A stretch of 64,000 bases of DNA from Patescibacteria group bacterium (GTDB taxonomy: Bacteria; Patescibacteriota; Patescibacteriia; UBA10025; JBIOWE01): assembly GCA_044868145.1 (NCBI GenBank), contig JBIOWE010000004.1:9395-73394 (forward strand). The letters run 5' to 3'. The position numbers were made by a program, and so were the translations under genes. The notes under the pieces are model-generated. The model was not told where the DNA came from, did no database searches, and saw only the letters and a program-made list of their open reading frames with translations. Position 1 is the stretch's first letter; each line of letters begins with the position of its first letter. Positions 19,502 to 27,287 of this stretch are shown piece by piece.

Positions 19502-19679
19502 TGGACGCGAGAGGAATCGAACCTCTGACCTTACGGACCTGCCCGCCCAAATGTGGGCGCTGCTGGACTCGGACCAGCGACCTTTGCAATGTGAATGCAA
19601 CGCTCTACCAACTGAGCTAAGCGCCCACATTTAGGCGGGTGAATGAACCGTACGCTCTAACCGGCTGAGCTACGCGTCC
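19502..19679 (-). tRNA. tRNA (Val-like; loop reads TT-CAT..) interrupted in the anticodon loop by a ~105-nt insertion that contains a complete tRNA
   Basis: GGACGCG/CGCGTCC-A acceptor, TA-GCTC..GAGC D arm, TACGG/CCGTA anticodon stem, AGGTC, and AGAGG-TTCGATT-CCTCT T arm are all perfect; insertion lies between the two halves of the anticodon stem. Confidence 0.8.
19554..19626 (-). tRNA. tRNA-Val(CAC), nested inside another tRNA
   Basis: GGGCGCT TA GCTC AGTTGGTA GAGC G TTGCA TT CAC AT TGCAA AGGTC GCTGG TCCGAGT CCAGC AGCGCCC A; T-loop variant TCC; no encoded CCA. Confidence 0.9.
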
Positions 19680-19696
19680 AGTCAAAGTCGGGCAGG

Positions 19697-19842
19697 TGTG
19701 AATGCAACGCTCCTGCCTCTTCGGCAGGTCGCCGTTGTAGCCTCTACGGCTACTCGCCGAGGAGGCGAGAGACGACTAACCGACTGCCTGTCCCGCCGAA
19801 GCCCGAGCTTAGCGAGGAGCGACGGCGGGGAGCTAATTGCCC
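19697..19842 (-). pseudogene. tRNA-Val(CAC) 5' half broken by two palindromic insertions in the D arm
   Basis: GGGCAATTAGCTC[~44 nt]AGTCGGTTA[~64 nt]GAGCGTTGCATTCACA; no recognisable T arm or 3' acceptor strand downstream. Confidence 0.75.
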
Positions 19843-19869
19843 AAACAAAAAAGCGCTAGAATAAGCAGC

Positions 19870-19897
19870 ATTATATCACGTCACGGGGAAAAATCAA
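19870..19897 (-). promoter_or_regulatory. sigma70 promoter of the tRNA-Val locus
   Basis: TTGATT (19897-19892), 16 nt, extended -10 TGaTATAAT (hexamer 19875-19870); inferred TSS about 20 nt upstream of G1 at 19842. Confidence 0.7.
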
Positions 19898-19916
19898 GCC
19901 AAAAAAGCACAATGCT

Positions 19917-20636
19917 TCACGTTGTTTTTCCTCGTGCAGTTCGAAGGCGTAACCGCAGTAATAACCAAAACGTTTCAACCATAATGCGCGGGTTGAATTT
20001 TGAGCGGCCGTGCAATCGCTCCGTGAATACGATGGGGATTTCGAGAACACGTTTCCCTGCGTGCGCAATCTTATACACCATTTCAATTTGGAATGCATAA
20101 CCAAGAGCATCAATGGAGGAAAGGTCAATAGACTCAAGCGCTGATCGCCGATAGCATCGAAATCCCGTGGTCATATCCCGGATCGACAAACCAAGTACGG
20201 TTCGCGCGTAGACATTGCCGAGCCAGCTCACAAAGCGGCGAATGGCATTCCAATTTTGGATCCTGCCGCCCGGAATATATCGTGAGCCAAGTACGAGATC
20301 AGATTGGGTCACTCTCTGGAGAAACGCCGGAATTGCAAAAGGGTCATGTGAACCGTCGGCGTCCATCGTCAAGATGAATGGCGCATTCATGCGGAGCGCC
20401 TCGCGAAACCCGTCCACATATGCACGCCCCAAACCTTGCTTAGACGAACGAACGAGCAGGTGAAGGCGCGGATACATGCCTTGCAATGATCGCACGACAT
20501 CGGTGGTTCCGTCAGGTGAACTGTCATCAATGACCATCACATGCAGGCCGTCGACAGGTAAAGAAAAAAGATCTCGGAGCAGGGCCTCGATCGTTTCTCG
20601 CTCATTATATGTAGGAATAAGCACGAGTGCGTTCAT
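19917..20636 (-). CDS. Polyprenol-phosphate mannosyltransferase (GT2, Dpm1-like)
   Basis: LIPTYNERE, IDDSSPDGT, GLGRAY, MDADGSHDP, GYAFQIE, F.ER..G.SK; start moved to the MNALVL ATG. Confidence 0.93.
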   Translation of the reverse strand: MNALVLIPTYNERETIEALLRDLFSLPVDGLHVMVIDDSSPDGTTDVVRSLQGMYPRLHLLVRSSKQGLGRAYVDGFREALRMNAPFILTMDADGSHDPFAIPAFLQRVTQSDLVLGSRYIPGGRIQNWNAIRRFVSWLGNVYARTVLGLSIRDMTTGFRCYRRSALESIDLSSIDALGYAFQIEMVYKIAHAGKRVLEIPIVFTERLHGRSKFNPRIMVETFWLLLRLRLRTARGKTT

Positions 20637-20726
20637 ATAAAGTTCTTTCATCATAACACACGAATATAAGCCCGTAAAAATTGACCCGACCACGCTGCTC
20701 GAGTATACTTGAAAGGTTCAAAAACG

Positions 20727-22235
20727 ATGCCGGATTTTATCAAGACAGAGCAAACACCGCCGATCCCGACAGTCCCTCCCGTTCAGCCCTCGTACCAGCG
20801 CAAGCGACGTTTGTCGTTCCTTGCGAAGTCTGTTATTGTACTCGTAATTGTTATTGTGTTACTGGTCGGCGGCATCGCAGCAAAAGTCGTGATGTCGATT
20901 AACAGCACGAATCAACAATCAGGCGAGCGCGTTTCGTTTTTTCAGCAAATCGCCCACCTTGTGGTGAATCCGGAAAAAAGCTTAACCGGAGAAACCGACG
21001 ACCGCATCAATATTCTGCTGCTCGGGATTGGCGGCGCCGGCCACGAAGGGCCACTCCTGACGGACACCATTATTGTCTTAAGCATCAAACCGTCGACCGC
21101 GGACGTGGCCATGATTTCTCTGCCCCGCGATCTTCTTGTGGAATTTCCAAAATATGGATTCCGAAAAATCAACAACATGCTTGCCTTTGCGCAGGATATC
21201 GACTATCAGGGCGAGCTGGAAGTATACGCGTCGGAAATTGTCGGCTCCGTGATCGGCGTGCCGATTCACTATTTTGCTCGTATTGATTTTAAAGGTTTTG
21301 AAAAAATTATTGACGACCTTGGTGGCGTTGATATTTATGTTGATCAGGCATTCACCGATTATCAGTACCCCGACGAGAACTATGGCTTCGAACCGGTAAC
21401 ATTCCAACAGGGCTGGGAGCACATGAATGGAGCCCGGGCGCTCAAATACGTTCGCTCCCGCCACGGGACGAATGGCGAGGGATCGGATTTCGCTCGATCG
21501 AGGCGCCAACAAAAAGTTTTGATCGCGGTCAAGCAAAAACTTCTGGGCGTGAATGCGCTGCTTGCGCCGACAACGATCGTGAATGCGCTGAATGATTTGG
21601 GAAGCCACAGTAAAACGAATTTGGAAGTATGGCAAATGTTGAAACTCGGGAAATTCGCCCCGAAAATCCAGGACGGAGCGTTTATCACCCGCGTGTTCGA
21701 TGCATCGCCGGAAAGCCCCTTGAAAGCGATTACGACGGACCAAGGTGCCTACGCCCTTGTGCCGAAAGATGGCAGTTTCGGCGAAGTTCGGTTTATAACG
21801 CGCAATATTTTCACGCTTGGCGCGATCGCCCGAGAGAATGCGCGCATCAAAATTCAAAACGGCACGACGGTTGCTGGCCTTGGACAAACAATCGCCTCGG
21901 AACTCTCCGGCCTTGGCTATACGATTTCCTCGGTGGCAAACGCTCAGGCAAAAGACTATACAAAAACGATTGTATACGATCTTTCCGGCGGCACAAAACC
22001 GCTCACGCTGGCGACCTTACAAGCAAAACTGAACGCAAAAGTGGTGAGCGCATTGCCCACACTGGTGTCACCCTCCGACCAGCTCAACTATGAAGACATT
22101 CGTGCAAAGGACATCGCTCAAATACAAGCCACGTCCAGCGGCTCGTTTGATTTTGTGGTTATTGTTGGGAGCGACCAGGCATCCTCAAGCAATTCAGCCG
22201 CAACATCGCGAACGATTCTCAAGCAAAACTCATAA
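20727..22235 (+). CDS. LCP (LytR-CpsA-Psr) family protein with LytR_C domain
   Basis: NILLLGIGG, TDTI, ISLPRDL, ALKYVRSRH, SDFARSRRQQ; C-terminal IQNGTTVAGL. Confidence 0.95.
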   Translation: MPDFIKTEQTPPIPTVPPVQPSYQRKRRLSFLAKSVIVLVIVIVLLVGGIAAKVVMSINSTNQQSGERVSFFQQIAHLVVNPEKSLTGETDDRINILLLGIGGAGHEGPLLTDTIIVLSIKPSTADVAMISLPRDLLVEFPKYGFRKINNMLAFAQDIDYQGELEVYASEIVGSVIGVPIHYFARIDFKGFEKIIDDLGGVDIYVDQAFTDYQYPDENYGFEPVTFQQGWEHMNGARALKYVRSRHGTNGEGSDFARSRRQQKVLIAVKQKLLGVNALLAPTTIVNALNDLGSHSKTNLEVWQMLKLGKFAPKIQDGAFITRVFDASPESPLKAITTDQGAYALVPKDGSFGEVRFITRNIFTLGAIARENARIKIQNGTTVAGLGQTIASELSGLGYTISSVANAQAKDYTKTIVYDLSGGTKPLTLATLQAKLNAKVVSALPTLVSPSDQLNYEDIRAKDIAQIQATSSGSFDFVVIVGSDQASSSNSAATSRTILKQNS

Positions 22236-22240
22236 GCTCT

Positions 22241-22795
22241 ATGAAGTTGATTGTGGGTCTCGGCAATCCGGGCAAAAAGCACGAGCATACCCGACACAAT
22301 ATCGGGTTTATTGTTTTGGATATGATTCAGAAAACATTGCAAGCGCCGGATTTTCGATTGGAAAAAAAGTTTGACGCCGAAGTTGCGGCCATCGAACAAT
22401 CTAGCGAACGCATCATCCTCGCCAAACCGCATTCATTCATGAACCAGTCGGGCCAGCCCGTACAACACATCGTGGGGTTCTACAAACTTTTATCCGAGGA
22501 TCTCTGGGTCGTGCACGATGAAATAGACCTCCCACTTGGGACGATTCGCATATCAAAAAACGTGTCTCCGGCCGGACACCATGGGATTGAGTCAATCGTC
22601 CAGCATCTTGGCACCCAGGATTTTATACGATTTCGAGTTGGCATTGCGTCCAACACAATGCCCAAAGAAACGACGAACTACGTGCTGGCGAAATTTGCCA
22701 AAGACGAATGGCTCCAGCCGGCTACCAAAACCGTACAATCCATCGAGGAAGCTTTACGAAATGGTGTTGAGTCAGCGATGAATCAATATAATTAA
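22241..22795 (+). CDS. pth: Peptidyl-tRNA hydrolase
   Basis: MKLIVGLGNPG..TRHNIGF, KP..FMN.SG, VHDEIDLP, AGHHGIESI. Confidence 0.98.
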   Translation: MKLIVGLGNPGKKHEHTRHNIGFIVLDMIQKTLQAPDFRLEKKFDAEVAAIEQSSERIILAKPHSFMNQSGQPVQHIVGFYKLLSEDLWVVHDEIDLPLGTIRISKNVSPAGHHGIESIVQHLGTQDFIRFRVGIASNTMPKETTNYVLAKFAKDEWLQPATKTVQSIEEALRNGVESAMNQYN

Positions 22796-22900
22796 TCCCC
22801 ACACCAACTTCAAAATAGTTTGAATAATGATGAAGTTTGTTTTACGGAACAAGCTTCGTTGTAGAACAAAGATTTTTCTTGAAGTTGGTGTGGGGATTAA
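22792..22900. mobile_element. MITE-like element, 109 bp, with perfect 22-bp terminal inverted repeats
   Basis: TTAATCCCCACACCAACTTCAA (22792-22813) and TTGAAGTTGGTGTGGGGATTAA (22879-22900); TTAA at both ends; overlaps the pth stop codon. Confidence 0.7.
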
Positions 22901-22928
22901 AAAGCCCTCTTATCATCTAAGAGGGCTT
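22901..22928. terminator. Hairpin terminator between convergent genes
   Basis: AAGCCCTCTTA-TCATC-TAAGAGGGCTT, with a T tract on the minus strand. Confidence 0.7.
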
Positions 22929-22940
22929 GGGTTGCGGAGG

Positions 22941-23327
22941 TTACCAGGTAATACCTACCTCCTTAATCTTTTTCAGAAGATCCTCGGTCTCCACGACAAA
23001 AGGTGACAAGCGTTCAATCAAAGATTTGACCTGATCGCTCCAATATCCATTGGCATTAGAGTATACACCATTCTTTTGAGCGGTCTTGAGCCGTTTGAAA
23101 AAATTGACCGCCGAAACCAATTGCTTTCTGCAATTCGGTACAATTGATACAAACTGTACTGTAATCGGTTCAAGCTGCTTGAGCTTTGCGAGAGGAAATT
23201 GTTTTAGCCTCACCCCGGAAGCAATTGCCTCGGATGCTTCAAGCAACGAATTATAGCAGGGCACGATCTTGTGATAAAGATCCACAACTTCTTTCAGCTG
23301 CAAATCCGCCGTCTCGGCAATTTCCAC
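22941..23327 (-). CDS. Hypothetical helical protein (128 aa)
   Basis: GTG start at 23327 preceded by strong SD AAGGAGGG; has its own promoter and terminator. Confidence 0.7.
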   Translation of the reverse strand: MEIAETADLQLKEVVDLYHKIVPCYNSLLEASEAIASGVRLKQFPLAKLKQLEPITVQFVSIVPNCRKQLVSAVNFFKRLKTAQKNGVYSNANGYWSDQVKSLIERLSPFVVETEDLLKKIKEVGITW

Positions 23328-23372
23328 TTTCCCTCCTTCTTTTTTAATTTTCCTTTTTACTTTTTCATTTTT

Positions 23373-23523
23373 AATTTGAAACGTCCGGCTGTAACTGCCC
23401 AGCAAGCGCAAGATCTCACAGTATGAACTGTAAAACCTTAACTTGTGGCTACTTGTCTAGATTAGGAGGGATACCTAGATGTTCACCGCTTGCTAGACAG
23501 ATAAAGAAGGACCTTTCCAAATC
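23373..23523 (-). ncRNA. Structured 5' leader / candidate cis-regulatory RNA with anti-SD loop
   Basis: Nested stems found by eye (see findings); begins just after a TTGTAT-17-TACACT promoter (23561-23533). Confidence 0.6.
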
Positions 23524-23567
23524 GCGGGAAATAGTGTAACATACAACACTAGCAGATACAAAGACGC

Positions 23568-26500
23568 ATGTCAAGACCTCTGGCACATCAGAGAGGCGAA
23601 TTTTTGGCTCAAGTAAAGGAAAAGACCGAAACCGTTTCAAATAGGAAGTCGGTTGAGGCAGCCCTGAAAGAACTTAAAACCATCTACATCACGGGCTTCC
23701 CCCATCTTTCGTCTCTCACGTATTTTCTCGTTCATCATGCCCCTCTCAAAGAGCGGGCGGTGTTCTGGTTTTGTCGAGGTGAAGAGGAATCCCGCATTGA
23801 GCGGTTCATCCGATATTGGAACCCGGAGGCGCGCGTGGAACTCCTGGACGCGATGACACCGGCCGTTTTGGTTGACTGTTTGGCTGGTCGGCCCATGGTC
23901 ATCATTGTATCAATAGACAAACTTCAGACGACACGTATACCCGACCCCGAGCATTTCGAGTCTTCTTTTTTCACGCTAACCGAAGGCATGCGAGAAGCGC
24001 CCGCCACGATCAGCCAAAAACTGATTGAGTTGGGATACGAATTCGGGAAACAGGCCGATATGGCCGGTATGTTTGCACGCCGCGGGGGCATTCTTGACGT
24101 GTATCCGCCTAATGGTTCCGCACCCATCCGAATCGAGTGCGCGGATCACCAAATTGCAACTATCCATCGGGTTGACGCAAAAACGAAAAAAATCACGGGT
24201 AATATGAAACGCATGGATATTATGCCGATGCGCTTCTTAACGCACGAATCGACGCTGCTTGACCATCTGCCCAACATCCCTCGCCCTCTCATTTTCTACA
24301 GCGACCCAGATGAACTGACTATTCAATATAGCGAGTGGCGCGACATTGAGAAAAAATTTGCGCCTATGCAAAGAATTATCTACGAAACATTTGCAAAGCG
24401 GGCAATCAGTTTCGACTTCGAGTCTGCGCCAATGTACCATAAAAATTTTCGCGAGCTCGCAAACGATCTCAAGCGGTATCGCGATATGAAATGGCAGATA
24501 ACCATTGCAACAAAACGTGACGAAGCGATAACGCGCGTGCTCCAAGAATTTGCCATAGGGAAAAAGGGCGTCCGCGTGGTACCGAGTGTGCCGGAATTGG
24601 AAGGATGGAGAAGCGCGAGAGAGCGCTTGCTTATTCTGACGGACAAAGAGGTGTTCGGTCGGGAGAGAGAGTCTGCGCCTGCGCCGCTCAAAAATGGTGA
24701 GCGAAAAAAATCACTGCTCGATGCGCTTATCATGGAGCTCAACCCTGGGGATTTCGTCGTGCACGCAGACCACGGAATTGGAAAATTCGTCGGCATGGAA
24801 AAAAATAAAGTAGACGAGATTATTCGCGAATACTTTGTCCTTGAGTATGCGGATGGCGACAAGCTTTCCGTGCCGATTGAAAATGCAGACAAGTTATCGA
24901 AATATATTGGGGTTATCCATCCAAAACTTCATCGTTTATCCGGCGGGGGTTGGCAACTTGTAACAAAAAAGGTACTAGAAGAAACAAAAAATATCGCGAA
25001 GGAACTTCTTGAACTTTATGCGCGCCGACAAACAGTCAAAACGGAACCGTTTCGAAACGACGCGCAAGAGGAGGAGGAACTTGCTAAATCATTTCCCTAC
25101 GACGAAACGCCAGACCAGCTGCAAGCGCTGGCGGAGGTAACGCAGGATCTGATGAATGATACGCCGACCGACCGACTCATCTGCGGGGACGTTGGCTTTG
25201 GCAAAACGGAGATAGCGATTCGCGCCGCGATGAAGGCAGTCATGAATAATGCGCAAGTAGCATTGCTCGCGCCCACAACCATTTTGACGCAACAGCACTA
25301 CGACACCATTCGAGAACGGCTCAAGCAATTCCCTATCAACGTAACGGTCTTAAGTCGTTTCCAATCGACAAGCGAACAAAAGAAAACGGTGAGCGAACTC
25401 GCAAACGGAACAGCTGACATTGTCATAGGAACACACCGGTTGCTCTCCCCTGATATACATTTCAAACACCTCGGCCTCATTATTATTGATGAAGAGCAGC
25501 GCTTCGGCGTTCGCGCTAAGGAGAAGCTCAAGGCACTCCGAACCCAAGCGCACGTGCTCACGCTGACGGCAACGCCGATCCCTCGAACGCTCAACCTTGG
25601 ATTATCAGGTATTCGAGACATGAGCATCATCCAGACGCCGCCGGAGGGCCGCTTACCCATTGTCAGCATCATCGAGCCACACTCGCCAAAAACAGTCAAA
25701 GATGCGATCAGTCAAGAATTGAAGCGTAATGGCCAGGTGTACTACCTGTATAACAAAGTAGAAACGATCGGCATCAAAGCCAAGGAAATAAGTCGCCTTT
25801 TTCCGAACATCAAAGTAGGCATCGTGCACGGGCGACTGCCAGAACGCGAACTCGCCCACACGATGCAAGCGTTCGATACGGGCAAAATCAACGTCCTTGC
25901 ATGCTCGACGATCATTGAAAACGGGCTCGATCTTCCGAACGTGAACACGCTGATTGTTGATAACGCGACGCAATTCGGCCTCGCCCAACTGTACCAGCTC
26001 CGGGGCCGTATTGGACGAGGCACGCGACAAGCGTACGCGTACTTTCTTTATCACAGCCGCAAGCTCAAGGGTAACGCGAAAAAACGCCTGCAAGCACTCC
26101 TGGAAGCGCGTCGGCTTGGCACGGGATTTCAGCTTGCACTCAGGGATCTCGAAATCCGAGGCGCCGGCGACATCCTCGGAAAAAAACAGCATGGCCATAT
26201 CATTGCGATCGGATACAATTTATACACCAGACTTCTCGCGCAAGCGATTGAGGAACTGCGAACTGGGATACCACAAGGCCCGTTCCGCGACATCGCCATC
26301 GACCTGCCGCTTGAAGCGTACATCCCAAAAACACTGATTCCCGAGCAGGAACAGCGCATCATCCTCTATCAAAAATTAGCGAGCGTGCCAAGCGTTGAAG
26401 CGCTGCGCACTCTGAAAAAAACAATGGAGAAAAACAAAAAGCTGCCGCGTGAACTCGATAACCTCTTTCACCTGCTTGAAATTCGCGTGCTTGCCCAAAA

Positions 26501-26735
26501 AACCGATATCGCAACGATCGACACTGTCCACCTTGCTACCGCCAGCTATGAAAAACAAAAACGACTTTTCATTAAATTCATTGGGCAAATTCACCCAGAA
26601 CAAATAGCCCGCCTTTTGCAACAAGACGAGCGGTGGCAGTTTACACAGGATTCGATTAAGATTGATTTTCCCAGTCTTGGAGATCAGTGGTTAGAAAAAC
26701 TGAAAAAAGTCATCAGGATTTTCCAGCGACAATAG
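23568..26735 (+). CDS. mfd: Transcription-repair coupling factor Mfd
   Basis: FARRGGILDVYP, GDFVVHADHGIG, DRLICGDVGFGKTE, DEEQRFG, TATPIPRTL, QLRGRIGR, RDLEIRGAG; exact start uncertain. Confidence 0.97.
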   Translation: MSRPLAHQRGEFLAQVKEKTETVSNRKSVEAALKELKTIYITGFPHLSSLTYFLVHHAPLKERAVFWFCRGEEESRIERFIRYWNPEARVELLDAMTPAVLVDCLAGRPMVIIVSIDKLQTTRIPDPEHFESSFFTLTEGMREAPATISQKLIELGYEFGKQADMAGMFARRGGILDVYPPNGSAPIRIECADHQIATIHRVDAKTKKITGNMKRMDIMPMRFLTHESTLLDHLPNIPRPLIFYSDPDELTIQYSEWRDIEKKFAPMQRIIYETFAKRAISFDFESAPMYHKNFRELANDLKRYRDMKWQITIATKRDEAITRVLQEFAIGKKGVRVVPSVPELEGWRSARERLLILTDKEVFGRERESAPAPLKNGERKKSLLDALIMELNPGDFVVHADHGIGKFVGMEKNKVDEIIREYFVLEYADGDKLSVPIENADKLSKYIGVIHPKLHRLSGGGWQLVTKKVLEETKNIAKELLELYARRQTVKTEPFRNDAQEEEELAKSFPYDETPDQLQALAEVTQDLMNDTPTDRLICGDVGFGKTEIAIRAAMKAVMNNAQVALLAPTTILTQQHYDTIRERLKQFPINVTVLSRFQSTSEQKKTVSELANGTADIVIGTHRLLSPDIHFKHLGLIIIDEEQRFGVRAKEKLKALRTQAHVLTLTATPIPRTLNLGLSGIRDMSIIQTPPEGRLPIVSIIEPHSPKTVKDAISQELKRNGQVYYLYNKVETIGIKAKEISRLFPNIKVGIVHGRLPERELAHTMQAFDTGKINVLACSTIIENGLDLPNVNTLIVDNATQFGLAQLYQLRGRIGRGTRQAYAYFLYHSRKLKGNAKKRLQALLEARRLGTGFQLALRDLEIRGAGDILGKKQHGHIIAIGYNLYTRLLAQAIEELRTGIPQGPFRDIAIDLPLEAYIPKTLIPEQEQRIILYQKLASVPSVEALRTLKKTMEKNKKLPRELDNLFHLLEIRVLAQKTDIATIDTVHLATASYEKQKRLFIKFIGQIHPEQIARLLQQDERWQFTQDSIKIDFPSLGDQWLEKLKKVIRIFQRQ

Positions 26736-26736
26736 A

Positions 26737-26955
26737 CTATTCTTTGGGAAACATGTCCTGTTGGTCGTCCATCCCGAGTGCGCGGCGAATTTTTCTTTTG
26801 GAGGCTTCAATGCTTTTCTTTCGCTGCTCCTCATCTTCTTGCGTTGTCATCTTGCCTCCATATTGTTCTTGAATGCGCCAACTCTCGTTTTCCTCGGATG
26901 GAGGTGCGTCTTCTTCCTCTGTAATTTCGGGTGTTGATTCGGGTGATCTTGGCAT
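26737..26955 (-). CDS. Small acidic hypothetical protein (72 aa)
   Basis: MPRSPEST.. start preceded by SD-like AGGAGAGG. Confidence 0.65.
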   Translation of the reverse strand: MPRSPESTPEITEEEDAPPSEENESWRIQEQYGGKMTTQEDEEQRKKSIEASKRKIRRALGMDDQQDMFPKE

Positions 26956-27073
26956 ATTGATTCCTCTCCTGTATACTAATTTTAAGTATAGCAAACTGAC
27001 CGGTAATAGCCCATAGAACAAACCTTCCCCACAAAGGAAGTTTTTTAACAAAAAAAGAGCGCTGATGCGCTCT

Positions 27074-27265
27074 TCAGGATGAGAAAACCTCTCGTGTAAT
27101 CTCGACGTTTTCTGGACCAAATACATTTAATACCTCTTGTACGATTTTTTCTGCTTTCTCTTTGGAGAGAACAACCGGTGTCTTACTTGGACACGACTCT
27201 GAGTGATGCCCTCGGCAATGGGGACACCAAGGATCTCTACGCCTTCCATTCTTTTTACTATTCAT
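27074..27265 (-). CDS. Small hypothetical protein (63 aa) with CPHC..HH...C putative Zn motif
   Basis: ATG 27265 with SD AAGGAGG; promoter TTGACA (27316-27311), 17 nt, TATCAT. Confidence 0.65.
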   Translation of the reverse strand: MNSKKNGRRRDPWCPHCRGHHSESCPSKTPVVLSKEKAEKIVQEVLNVFGPENVEITREVFSS

Positions 27266-27287
27266 TTTTCCCTCCTTATTTTTTTCC

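Noticed and set aside
19230-19630. ORFs 19230-19589 and 19355-19630 over the tRNA locus
   Set aside because: They are chance reading frames through tRNA sequence (MWALSSVGRA and VRGSIP are translated tRNA motifs).
19537-19639. Group I intron or bulge-helix-bulge intron as the explanation for the tRNA insert
   Set aside because: The insert is ~105 nt, mostly a tRNA. I saw no group I core and no clear 3-4-3 BHB motif.
23464-23496. Plus-strand SD AGGAGG followed by a 5-codon ORF (MFTAC) upstream of mfd
   Set aside because: It is better explained as the complement of the anti-SD loop of the minus-strand leader; there is no independent support.
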